From assembly GCA_030141605.1 (NCBI GenBank), contig JAQGDQ010000650.1:55457-119456 (forward strand): a stretch of DNA of 64,000 nt, read 5' to 3'. How positions within the stretch are numbered: position 1 is the first letter of the stretch; every line of letters begins with the position of its first letter. Under the pieces are notes generated by a model that made no database searches, was not told the DNA's origin, and worked only from the letters and a program-made list of their open reading frames with translations. Origin of the DNA: Tubiluchus corallicola (lineage: Eukaryota > Animalia > Priapulida). The position numbers and the translations under genes are program-made. Positions 37,901 through 50,200 of this stretch are shown one piece after another.

Positions 37901-40900
37901 TGCCATCACGACTGTAAGGGTCACTACAACTTTTACTTACAAATGAATAATTGTAGCGACTCCCATAAAAGGGCATTTGAAATTGAAGATTAACTGTAAA
38001 TGACCATCCAGCCAATGTCTGAGTATAAGAATCTCCATAGTAATCCCCATAAGGGTAAAGAACTCTTTTGTCCCATGGTTCTGGGGCTTGAGTAACTGTA
38101 ATGGGTATCAAAAATGAGATGACAATTATGATAAAATGATAACAGCAAGATTTATACTTTCTATATTGATGGCCAACAAATATTGAGTATAGTTTCCCAC
38201 ACATAATTATACACGTTTATTAATATATAACTGGTAACAGGCACATTTTTACACCTTTTTAAAACACATATTAAACATATTTTTTATCATTCTTTTGAGT
38301 TACCGGCGTGAGGACTGAAATAAAGTAAAGTATTTTGAACCCAAAAGCATTTAATTATAGTCATAAACAAAATCATTTATCTTTTTTCTCCAACATGAAT
38401 GTTAGGCCTATAGTTACGAAAAAATACTCGATTGCATGTTGTATGAGTTCTTCAAACAATACTAATTTGTTGGTCTGATTCACGACACATTTGAATTAAA
38501 ACTATTTACTTCAGCATATGGCCTCAATGTAATTACTGAGTAGCATAGTAAATAAACAAAACGTAGAAAGCTAATAATCGCTCTTGAATATAATATGGAA
38601 GGAGAAGGCTATTTTCTATCCTTTCAACCTGTTTTAACCTTTATTTTGACCTTTGCCCTTCATGATTGATGATTCAATTAGTGGATCCTGTTGCCTGTAT
38701 AACCTTTTTAAACCTTCGTTATTTTTGAAAAAGCGTAGGCGCAAAGCCGCAAACTCTTTTAGATGCCAGCATAGCAATCATAAATCTTATCATCTTCATG
38801 ACTCAGATTTTACACAAAAGGTTTGAAAATGTAACCTAGGTAGGATAAACAATCCAGCGGTGTTACGTGTACGATATCAAGATCCGTACGGCGTATGCAT
38901 GTCAATAAACCAGTAAGGACCTTTGGACTGTTTTTGACTAGGTATGTGTAGGTAAAGGTGCGCAACTGATCAAAGCAAATAGAAACTTGTGCTGTATTTA
39001 TAGCCCTCTACGCTGTCACATTTATATGACCAAATTCAAAATGGCGATGAAGTTTTCTTGTTAAATCTATCACTGCATAATATACGTTCTTGTTTAAGAG
39101 CCATTTTATTTTATCAAAAGCTAACTGTTTTGTCACATTCAATAGTCTTAATTTAGCTTGTAATTATTTTATTAATTAAGACGTTATTATATTTATTATG
39201 AAGGATTTACTCAGCCAGCTCTATAGGCACATTCTATGATAACCATCACAGTCACTTAGGCTGACCATTATAAAGATTGTAACAGTAGGCGCCCAAGATG
39301 GTAGTCTGCCCATCATGAGAAAGCTCTAAACATGAGTAAATGGATGAATAAATAAAAGAACGAACAAAGGAAAGAATAAATAAATAAAGGAGTAATTTAA
39401 TGAATGAATGAACGAACAAAATTAAATGAATCAATCAATCAAACGAATCAAGGAAAATCAGTGTATAAAATCATGAAAGAAATAAGAAAACCAAGGAAGC
39501 GGCGGACAAATGACTGATGAATGAATGACAGAACGAGATAAGTGCATATCGCATTCTTTTAGCTTAAATTAAAAAAAGGCATACAGCCTAATATTTTCAT
39601 TATAATCAAGTGACACGTACATATAACCATTAGCATTACCGTTAGAAAAACAAAATTAAGAATATATGTTTAAGAATATAAACCCCTAGTAAATAAACAA
39701 CCATTTACTTAAATGTTTAAATAATAAAAAACATAAAATAAAACGAGAAACCTGTGAATGTTACCGTGCTGGCACCATAAATACCTATGACTGGAACGTA
39801 ATATCCAAAAATTTTCGAAGTTTGCCTGGCGTAACAGGCAGACGCTTATTTCATGTTCATCCACACATTAGATGGTTTAAATTTGACTTCATTTCAGTAT
39901 GCAGCAATGATGAATACTAATATTAAACAACATGCTTTAATCGGGAACTTAAACCGAACTATAAGCATCCTAAACGCATTTCGAGTACTGCGAACACAAT
40001 TTCGCAGGCCGGCACAAAAAATTAGGCGCATATCAATCAATTTATTATCCAATCATTTAACTCATGTGCCCATCTAGCTAACCGACGTCACTTAAAACTG
40101 ATTTGTTTAATCAACGGTTTTTTTTATTTACCCAAAGCAAACACCTAATTGATACATTAATTCACAGGATGATCGCGGAATATTATGTTAGCAAATAAAA
40201 TTAAAAAATGACAAGTTTTACTTCGTGTAAGCTTAATAGATTTTTATCTTACGATTGCTTTAGCTACTTCCACACGGGCCTATCACAAATACATAAGTTG
40301 TAACATGTAAGTTTTTAGACTATTAACTGTTAGTGGCGAGTTAATATATTTATAGTGCAAAATGATCACTTATTTGTCGTTATTTATGCATGTAGCTGAA
40401 TGCTCATAATGTGTGTTTAGCAAACGCAGTCAAGCAATGCTAGGCCTGGTCAGTAAATGGACGGATGATCACCGGAAAACTGCTTCTAAGAAATTTCACC
40501 TTCTATAATGCTTTCAGCTATTTACTGCATTCAAACTTGCACAAGACACCTCTATCGGCTGAGTACCTCATTTCAGAGAACTAGATTTAATACTAAACGT
40601 TGGGTAAGTTCTGGTCCCGCAACAACAGCAAAATTAAAAGAGCCTGTCGTTAGACGCTGGACAGAGGCTGTACCCTGTTTGCAGTCTATGGAACGGACCG
40701 AACGGTACATCACTAGCGGTATAAATTCTTGCAGTGAAACTTTTAGCAAGCTGCTTGAAACAGGCATAATTAACTAGGCTCTGCAAAAAAGTGGCCTGTT
40801 ACTTTAGCGGCGGGTTAGCTGTTATTTTTCGTACTTCGTCGAATCTGTACAAAGCACGTTTAAAACATCAAGTTTAATGCAATTAAGTCTAATACAAACT

Positions 40901-41506
40901 TAGGCCTATATCAAATTCTCAGCTTCTCATGGGATGACGACACTGTTGTGTCGTAACCGAAAGCTAAAAAATGTGGAAATTTCAATGAGTAAATTCCTTC
41001 ATGTATCTGAGTATTCTATATTTTGAATAAGTAATAACGCAGTTAAGCTCTGTTCATACTTCATATTTCATACAGACACTTTTGTAATTTTAAAAAGATT
41101 ACAAACTAAATTTTTCTACCGTAGAAAAATTAAATTTACAAAAAAATAACATGAATTTATATTTATTCACAGATTTGTTGGTTGAGAATGGTTTAGAGAT
41201 TAAACCAAAACATTCTATTTTAGCTTATTGAAAATTATACTTGCACTGATCTGATTTGGTGCTGATCTCATTTACAATTTCAAGGATATCATACAGGCTG
41301 AATTTTGTTGAAAGATAAAGACAATTTATGTGTTCATCGTAGTAAGTTCATCTAGTGCACAAAAATCGTACAATTCTTAACAACAAAACTATTTTTCAAA
41401 TAAAAAAATTCTCACCTTGTCCTTCCACAGCAACAAAGCAATAAAGTGAAGTAAGCGTTAATGTTCCTACTAGGGAAAGAAAAATTGTCCGTCTTAAAAA
41501 AGTCAT
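16933..41506 (-). CDS. mesh: Mesh / SUSD2-like type I membrane protein (signal peptide-NIDO-IPT/TIG-AMOP-VWD-Sushi-TM-PDZ-binding tail), about 1162 aa
   Basis: Exons: 41506-41416, [38095-37941 or 37550-37399], 35281-35126, 32485-32377, 31065-30962, 29910-29770, 29456-29285, 28802-28690, 28238-28103, 27598-27437, 26671-26476, 25768-25655, 25170-25003, 24810-24545, 23742-23569, 23068-22889, 22682-22546, 22027-21904, 20485-20394, 19834-19660, 19318-19142, 18783-18633, 17442-17312, 16997-16933. Sum is 3489 nt with exon 2a, one open frame, all GT-AG. Motifs: [24 protein letters not shown]...GLGG...VGFNAGNG...[10 protein letters not shown]; [19 protein letters not shown]; [12 protein letters not shown]...GAQHCVR...QQCCYD; [26 protein letters not shown]...TRGLLGTWD; Sushi C..LPTPYNG...FNCLPGY...RCMENGQWS; [26 protein letters not shown]; C-terminus ESVV*. 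Confidence 0.9.
20630..21442. mobile_element. diverged relative of the TTCGAA-rich hAT MITE family in a mesh intron
   Basis: Left ttggcgtgagca...tcgaaatcaaattcgaattg; right ttcgaatcgaac...gttcgatgctcat, similar to the 4963-5057 terminus. Confidence 0.45.
33110..33769. mobile_element. non-autonomous TIR element in a mesh intron
   Basis: Imperfect TIRs ggaagtggatagtgctcggatgaccagaac / gttccgatgatcagaacaatacccactgcc; internal repeats of gttccgatgatcagaac. Confidence 0.55.
37399..37550 (-). CDS. mesh: mesh alternative exon 2b (mutually exclusive with 2a)
   Basis: Acceptor tgtttatag, donor gtaagt, 152 nt, phase 1 to 0. Encodes [51 protein letters not shown]. Confidence 0.85.
37601..37919 (-). 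promoter_or_regulatory. intronic inverted repeat (putative pre-mRNA stem) between mesh exons 2a and 2b
   Basis: 37606-37628 cagttatacgagcattggttttt is reverse-complementary to 37880-37902 aaaaagaaatgctcgtaaaactg (15 of 16 in the core). 37601-37609 can also pair with 37911-37919 using one G-U on the transcribed strand. Confidence 0.55.
37941..38095 (-). CDS. mesh: mesh alternative exon 2a (mutually exclusive with 2b)
   Basis: Acceptor cccattacag, donor gtaagt, 155 nt, phase 1 to 0. Encodes [52 protein letters not shown]. Confidence 0.85.
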
Positions 41507-42122
41507 CTTGAGTCTAGCAATTACTACACAAAGTACAACAACGGTTCCACTCCCTAATTATTGTCCATAGTGTCTACCAAGCATGCGCACTATCGCATAT
41601 GGGCTGTTTATGGTCATGGAAGTTGGACCCGGGATAAATATTTGTCCAACTAACGCATACACAGCACCAACGAAATACAGCTTTAGCTATCATTCTTGCA
41701 CCTATTTTTATGTTATATTGTATGGGCACATATATGTCACTGGTCATAAAATAATTTGAATGGCATATTAGCCTTTGTTAAATAAAATATACTATAGTAA
41801 TAAGTTAACTATATAGTGTTGAAAAAGCCTAAACCTATTCTATTTTACTGAGGAAATATCAACGAGCGCGCGTTGATCTACACAGCACTGCGCTTATCGG
41901 CTCAAGAAAACATAAGGCCTACATAGCCCTAAATTTAAAAAAAACAACAAGCACCGGAATTTAATTACCTATCGCTTTGAATTCTAGAACAGCGTTTATA
42001 ATTTTAGGCTTAAAAGATATTGTCTTATTTTTGTAGATTTCTGTATTGCAGCCAACCAACAATCAACTCAATATCACATGACAGCGTAGCGTACGCGGCA
42101 TTAAACAGCACTAAACACTAAA

Positions 42123-42247
<125 letters not shown>

Positions 42248-43409
42248 ATCTGTGATATGTAACTTTATACATAATGCATACATATATTTTGTTTAGAATA
42301 AAAAATCAACCTATGATACCTCACGGCGAGTGCGAATGGTGATTGCCGACCAGTTGAATTCGTGTTTATTTCATAAATGCCTCTGATACAGAGCACGTAA
42401 ACAAATCTACATCTAACAACGAACACCTTAATCGAAAACACAAGGAAAAACAGATTTGCCGAATGTTTATACATCAACTACGAAAAATTACAGATCATTA
42501 GTAGCATTAGAAACAGAGAGCAAGGTAAGATCTCAAAACATTATTATTATACGGTAACGTCGGTAAGCAATTGCTTGCGGACATTATGGCTATGGTTCGT
42601 AATGACGGTATGAGTGATGAATCTGTTCTTCTTTTTAATTAAACGGGTGCTGCGGGATGCTTTGTGAAACTTCCTATGCTAAAAGGCTCACTTGCATCTA
42701 TATTATAACTTTGATCGTGAGCACAAATTCTGCGTGCTAATCATGAACACGAATCACTGTAAGTTTCTCCTTTTCCTCCTCTTTTATCCTCATCCTTTTC
42801 CTTCTTCTACAAAAATCTAAATTTATTGACGACTAAAGAAATTTGGATTAGGTAAAATAAATTTAAGTTTTACCAGTTTTGCGTATCCTACAAGAAGGCT
42901 GATATGTAATGAACAAGAAAACCCGTAATTAAAAACAGCAAGGAAAAAAGAAAAAAGAACACAACGTTTCAAACTACCATTGTACTAGTCTTTGTTAGAA
43001 TGAGCAAAAGAGGATAAATCAGAAAAAACACAAGGAATTATTAGCTCTACTGCAATTATCTTTCGAGAGCTTTTTGTATATATTTATATTGTATATATAT
43101 ATATATATCCTTTGTTATCATTTTTGTGTTATATATATATATTATTAACACAAAAATTATAGCTAACACATTAAAAAGGATGCAAGCATGTAAAAAACAA
43201 CGCAGAAGCACAGCTAATAAAAGGCAGAAACGCGGAAGTATAAAACAGAACTATCTACCGTCATAGAACACACTTCTCGTCTTTAAGAATTAGGCTGTGT
43301 GAAAAGAGGATAATTATTCATATGTAGTTTGATTTGATTTGATTTGAAGCTCGATGTACGCTGTGTCGTTAGCATGAGCTAAAAACAGAAAAAGCACCAG
43401 CATTCATCG

Positions 43410-44137
43410 GTGCGCGGTAAAAATGGCACAGGAAAAATGGCATATAATTATGTTCTTTTGATGCAGTTGATTTCTATTATAAAACTATAATGCGCTCAGT
43501 AGGAAGCAGATCTCTACTGCTTCTTCTACAGATTGCTTTACTAGCAACAGACTCATAAAATAATTGCCCATTAAATAGAATTATGATCAATAATGCACGA
43601 ATGTTCCACACAGTGCTTATTTACCTTTTTAAACACTAATTTTGTCGATGATGATAGACTGACAAATATATACGTATTTACGTACCAAGTCACCCTATAA
43701 GGCTATACTGTACGCACTAACAAGCAAAGGTTACAGACAGTGTTACACAAGCGAGAATGTCTCGAAATGGAACTGGAAATAGCGCATACTGACAAAGAAG
43801 AAGTACTAAACAGCAAGTACTCCCTCTGAGACCTTCACAAAGTGATTCATGAATGTGTTTTTTTTTGTACGTGGTGTTCGGTCAAGTTCTGCGAAAAAAG
43901 AGCCGGTGAAAATATTCCCATTTTGGTACCCTGTACCCGCCTTTCGTCACAAAGTTTCTTGTAAATATGCTAGGTATTTTTGTCTAATACTAATAGGCGT
44001 AACTTCCTTGGCAGAGGTAAAAATAATTATCCTCACTGTAACCCTAACCTTAACTACATATTTTACTAACTGTGTCACTTTACCGTGTCCTTTTTTCCTG
44101 TACCACTGTTGCCTGTACTATTTTTACCTACATTCGC
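43410..44137. mobile_element. decayed TIR element upstream of PMM
   Basis: Left ggtaaaaatggcacaggaaaaatggca is inverted-similar to right ttttttcctgtaccactgttgcctgtactatttttacc; internal accctaaccttaac. Confidence 0.45.
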
Positions 44138-44285
44138 ATCTGTAAATGCACGAGCTAAGTATTCGTCTGCTGCGCTGGTTAGTGGTTCCGTGAGGTAGAT
44201 CGTGAGCAGAGCCTTTTGCCTGGCATCATTCGGCGGCGGCGCCACGGCAGCGGTAAGGAGTTTGCTCACTTGTTTAACAAACAAT

Positions 44286-47200
44286 ATGGATGAGAAGCGT
44301 GATTTGCGGGACAGATCCACAATTTTTTTATTTGATGTTGATGGTACTTTAACTGCACCCAGAAAGGTAATGAAAATTTAATGTGTTTAATAATTAAAGG
44401 TTCTAACAGCGATATTTTTTCTTTTATTGGAAGCTTATGCTTAATTAGCCGCGTGGTAAGTGAACATTGAAAGTGAATGAGACTCAATTTCTTTAAAAGA
44501 CTATGACGCATTGCAGTTTGTCACAGCAAAAACGATATTGCTTAATTTCTTTTCCACTTCTTCATTTACCTGAAAACGCCAGTTTAAAGCTAAATATTTA
44601 AAGTTTATGACGCATTACAGTTTGTTTTTTAGAAATTTTACCCATTACCGTGTCGTTTCTACCCTAACATTATCGGTGCCAATTCTACCGCTGTTTTCCG
44701 CCACCGTTTTAAAAACGCAAACCTTAAACGCTTTTTGAAGGGCAGAAGTCTGCTGTAGTAATGGTTCCGGTTCTGGTTCAAGTTAAGGTGTGTCGTTAAT
44801 GACATTTGCTCCCGCTAAACTTGTATCTTTTACCTTTTACCTCGAAATTCATGTGTATTGTCCTAATTAGATCACAAACTATGCTGCGTATCGCAAGTTT
44901 GAGATTTCGTGAAATTTTTGTAGTGTACTATTTTCTAGTCAGTCAAAATTCTCCAGTAGAATTGGTACGCACCTGACACAGACAGGTAGTGACATCTCAG
45001 TTTTCATAATCGAGGAAACTACATCTGTCGAAGATTTTTTCTATTGCTAGTATGGCCAATGCTACGGGTCAACGAAATATAGACACAAATAAGTCTCAAA
45101 CTAGGAAGTCGGTAATATCAACAGGAAATAAGTGTGGTACGTGCCGAAAACTATGTAAAAAAGACGAGCCTTGTTTAAGATGTGAGGTTTGTGATTTTTG
45201 GCGCATATTAGTTGGCGAAGATGTTGACTTCAAAACACACAAAATACATGTAGCAAACCCAACAAAAACCTTTCACTGGAACTGCAATAAGTGTGAGACA
45301 AGTACAAAGAAACTGACTAGCAAAATCGATAGTTTAACTGTAAAACTTACAGAACTGGAAAACAGAATGACGGACTTTGAAAAAACAACACTCGGTAGGT
45401 CTGAGCTTGAGCAGAATTATGAAAATTTCAGGTTTTGGATAAGCAATGGCACAGCAAAGGCAAATGGAATAAGAATTAGAAAGAACATTCAGCAAAATGT
45501 CAGAAAGGGAGAAACGACTTAATCTTTTATGGCATACCAGAATGCAGCGGTGGATATCCAGAACAGAGGAAGATCTATGATCTGGAATGCGTAATGAAAG
45601 TCTGTCTGCAATTAGACTTAAATCCTCGAGATGCATTCAGCATACCTATGAGACTAGGAAAATACGATTCAAAAGCAGAAAGAGGTCGCCCGCCTAAGAT
45701 TACAGCTGCAAGCGAATCAACAAAGGTATAGATCACTGAATGTAAACAAATCCCCGTATAGACGGTATGCTCCCGAGGTTTTTAAAAGAAGCAAGCTTAG
45801 AACTAGCTAAACAGCTGACATTACTTTTCCGTAAATTGTTTGACAAAGGAAAGCTACCTGAAGATTGGAAGTTGAGTCAAGTTTCACCGATCTACAAGAA
45901 GGGAAGTAAAATTGATAAGAACAAATACAGAACAGTAAGCCTAACGTCACTACCATGTAAACACTAGAGAAAATTATCCGAAAACGATTGACATATTACC
46001 TAAAAGACAAATTATCAAGAACATAACACAGACTTTTGAAAGGCAAGGCTTTTATTACACAACTGTTAGACATTGTCGAGTCGATTTATGCACTAAAAGA
46101 ATCAATCGTGGAGCTTCACTTGACACAATCTATTTAGGTTTTGTAAAGGCATTTGATTCAGTCCCTCACAAAAGACTCTTCCTAAAGTTTCATGACTTTG
46201 GCATCTGGGGAAAACTACATCAATGAAAAGAAGATTTTCTTTGCAAGCGCAGTGGAAAGAGTCAAAGTCAGTAATGCATTGTCAAGATGGGCACCAGTAT
46301 TATCAGGCATTCTGCAAGGCGGGGTGTTGGGTCCCATATTATTTATTTGCTATATAAACGATATGCCTGAATTAGTGGAAAATATTATTAGACTGTCTGC
46401 AGATGATGCAAAGATATTCAGTGAAATTGACTATCAAACAGATGCTGAAAAACTACAAACTGACTTGAGCAACCTATAAGAATGGGCTGAGGTTTGGCAA
46501 ATGAGGTTCAGTATAGACAAATGTAAAGTGATGCACGTGTAGGTTGCCATAATATGCACAATAACTATGTTATGTTTAATGATGGAATACCGATTGGCTT
46601 AAACAAAATGGCGAGTGAGAAAGATTTTGGAGTTATTGTAGATAGTAAACTGAAATTCGATGAACACGTAGTAACAGCAACCAGTAAGAGAAACAGAATA
46701 GTCAGAATGATGAAAGGCTTGTTTGGCTACATAGACACCATCATGCTTTTGCCATTATACACCACATTAGGTAGAAAGACATCAGTTTACTAGAAAACAT
46801 ACAGTGTAGAGCAACAAAAATGGTTTACTAATATCAAGTCTGGAGTACGAAGACAGATTGTTGACAGTGAAACTGCCTAGTTTAACATACCGTAAGTTTC
46901 CAGGTGACATGATAGAAGTACACAAGATCACACACGGCTACTATGACACACCAATAAAACTGGCAAAAAGCAAAGAAGGAAGGATGAGGGGTCATGCGTA
47001 TAAACTAAAAGTACAATATAGTAGACTCAACACAAGAAAATAATTTTTCACAGTAAGGGCACCAGGATTATGGAATAAGTTACCAAAGCAGATTGTGGAG
47101 GCACCATCTTTGAATGTTCTCAAGAACCATCTAGATGAACATTTTGGAGCAGCCAGCCTGTGCAGACTCCCAAGGCATACCTTAGCAGATAGCCATAGTT

Positions 47201-50200
47201 TTTTACCGAAACCGTGAACAAGTCAATGTTCGGAGAGATATGATTTTTTTATTTTGTGAAAAGTTAAGCGCTGTTAAGATCCTCAACAGGCAGTAGCCTA
47301 TGGAAGACGACAACGACACAGACAGCCATAGTTTTTTACCGCAACCGTGAACAAGTCAATGTTCAGAGAGATATGATTTTTTTATTTATGTGAAAAGTTA
47401 AGCACTGTTAAGATCCTCAACAGGCAGTAGCCTACGGAAGACGACAACGACCGGTAACTGGTAACACTGGTTTCTTCTTCCCTGGGGGATTTGAGTAGTC
47501 GTTGCTAATGGTTTTTTTTTTGCTTTGATATGACCAAGGATCCTGAAGACAACATTAATAAACATAAGTAAAAGTGATAATGCTTAATTACTGTGCCACT
47601 TTTCATTTTTCTGAAAATGCCAATTTGAAACTATAAACTGACAAATTTAACTTACGTTTGCAGTGTAGGTCTACTATATCAACAACAATTACTGAGTAAA
47701 CTGAAGTTTTAATATGTTATAGAAAATCACGCAGGATGTTGAAGTGTTTTTGGAGGAACTGAAAAGGAAGGTTGTTGTTGGAATTGTAGGTGGCTCTGAT
47801 TTACAGAAAATATCCGAGCAGCTTGGTGCATCTGAACAAGAGAGTGAGTATATTAATCCTTGCCTGTGCTTCATAATTATGCTTATCTCACATAAATTAA
47901 GACTTCTCAAAATTAAGCCCACAAATAATGTACAGCAAATTCAAAGAAAAATAATCACTACAGAAGATCAAGTGGGTCAGCTACTGCTATTTCAGTTCCT
48001 TCTCAGTTTCTGCCTTCACTGTATGCGAAACACAGGTTTAAATTTGTGTAGCATACATCTTTTTTATTACAATTTTGTATCATTACAAAGTTTTGTATAT
48101 TTTATTGCATACAAATCTATGCCCTGTTCTACTAGGTTTTTTAATTTTAGTTTAATTATTTTTAATAAATATATTTGTAAATTATTTTTTATAAATATGT
48201 TTTTACAAAACAGGTTTATTTTCTGGAATATTGCTGATGAATGTCACTTGGTAACTAGCTTAATTTGTGCCTGCAAGTATCTGGTGTCTCCATTGCATGT
48301 TTGTTGTCTTGTTAGGCACTTGTACAAACTTATTTCAATTTTTCAGCCATTAATAAATATGAATACGTCTTTTCCGAAAATGGTTTGATTGCTCACAAAA
48401 ACGGAAAACTAATTCATAAGCAAGTAAGCATACTTTACTTTTCTGTATAGTTAGACCATGTTTGTGAAGTTGACAATGCAACTAATCAATAAGCATTTAT
48501 GCAGGGCTGTCTTAACGCATGGGCACGCTGAGCAATTGCGCGAGGCGCCTGTGCTATCTATGTATGTTGTGACTTGCTGTCAATAAATAACCTGAACACC
48601 ATTGACTTCAAGCCACTTATAAAGCAATACACTGCAAAGAAATCATAACTGTTCGAGCTGAACACTTGATTAATATAAGTTTAATTTTATCGACCGTTTA
48701 CATGAGTGGTGTGCAAGCTGCAGCCTGCGAGCCGCTTGCGACTCCTCTTGTGCAGCCCGCGAACAGGTTTGTCAACCTAGTGAAAGTGCGGCCCGGGCGA
48801 TGAATTGAGTCTTAAGTATCAGGAAGATATTTCCAACTGAAGCCTGTGCCATGACCGCAAAGACAGTGCGGTAGTTTTTCTTCCACTAGATCATTGGCAT
48901 TAACCCTTACAAGATGGTTGTCAGTTAATGTTACTGTCGAACATGACGAAATTTCACGTTGCTCACTTGGAACCCAAAAAAGCGATGTAATCACAGAACA
49001 CAGCAAACTACTACGGAAGCCACCATTGAAACGTTCAAATGTGCACGAAATGCGAGAAGTAATCTGATTGGCTGGTAAGAAGACCAACCAGCCAATCTCT
49101 AGGCTTCTATTACCGGGCCGGTTGATTGGCCCAGTCGTCTTCTTGGTCAAAGCAGGTACGAGTGGGCAGATCAATTTGTAAGTAGCCAACAAGCTGAAAA
49201 CATGTGGTCACCCCGATATAGGGTGATTCCCAGATTCTAGTTTCTGCTTAGGCTCAGTAGTACACGCCTCCATCAGTGGTTGCTTCATCGTTTCATCAGG
49301 TGTAGTGTTCTTATAGATCAGAAACATGGATAAGAAAAAGAGGAAGATTGAAGAACTTCGAGTGTTTCAAGACAGATTAATATGCACTGTACTGCACAGA
49401 CTGTGTGATACACTGTACTAATATGCGTTGTAATAAAATTACCACTACCTTACATGAAAGTTGAAACCTATGGTTTTTAATGTAAATTTTAATAGCTTCT
49501 AAAATAGTTTTCTTGGGCGTAGTAGTAATGACGTGCGAAGATTGAATGCAAAAAAATTGCTATTAGGTCCTACTGTTCTTGGCTCCTTGACCAAACAGTA
49601 TGGGGCCCGCAGAAATTGCGGAAAAGTTTAAAGGAAAACTGGATGATTGTGTAAACACGAGTTCAGAATAAAGAATGTTCTAAAATATTGAAAACTACAA
49701 TAGCTTATTTTAAATCAAAGCTTAGATTAAATAATAATTACCTCAGATACTAAAATTTCGTTAAACTTTCAAAGCTACGCACAGCTCCGTGAATCTACTA
49801 AGATTGGCAGTGGTGCCTTTTTGTCATGTCCGCGTGGCCGACAAATAGAAAGCGGTACCGTGATAACCATGATCATGAACTCCTGTGTTAGTTTCATGAC
49901 GTCATATGATGTAAAGCCCATTTTTCGTGACATCATGCGTTTAAGCAGTAATGTAACACCTATGCAAATGTGCTTGACACACAAGGGAAGACACCTGCCA
50001 TTGCACAAACTGTGGTTAGTTTCTGACGTAAACAATAGCTGTGTTCGGTTGCCATTAATTAACCTTATTCAAATGTATATTTTGGACAGTAAATTAAAAT
50101 GAGATTGAGCCTAAACAATCGTCCGGTCTTTAATGTGGCCCGACTAGTTAGATAATTTGCACCCCCCTGATTTACATTTTAAGTCCTATGCTCAGTTGTG

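Noticed and set aside
38096-41415. Additional copies of mesh exon 2 or an alternative first exon
   Set aside because: I looked for YPYG-type coding signatures and signal-peptide exons here and in 35282-37398 and found none by eye. A tBLASTn would be needed to exclude diverged copies.
47191-47451. CRISPR-like or other repeat-spacer array
   Set aside because: Just two long adjacent copies at a LINE 3' end in a eukaryotic intron; no spacers or cas genes.
47744-48388. 214-aa ORF
   Set aside because: PMM exon 2 read through a stop-free intron. Only the first 33 residues are PMM-like.
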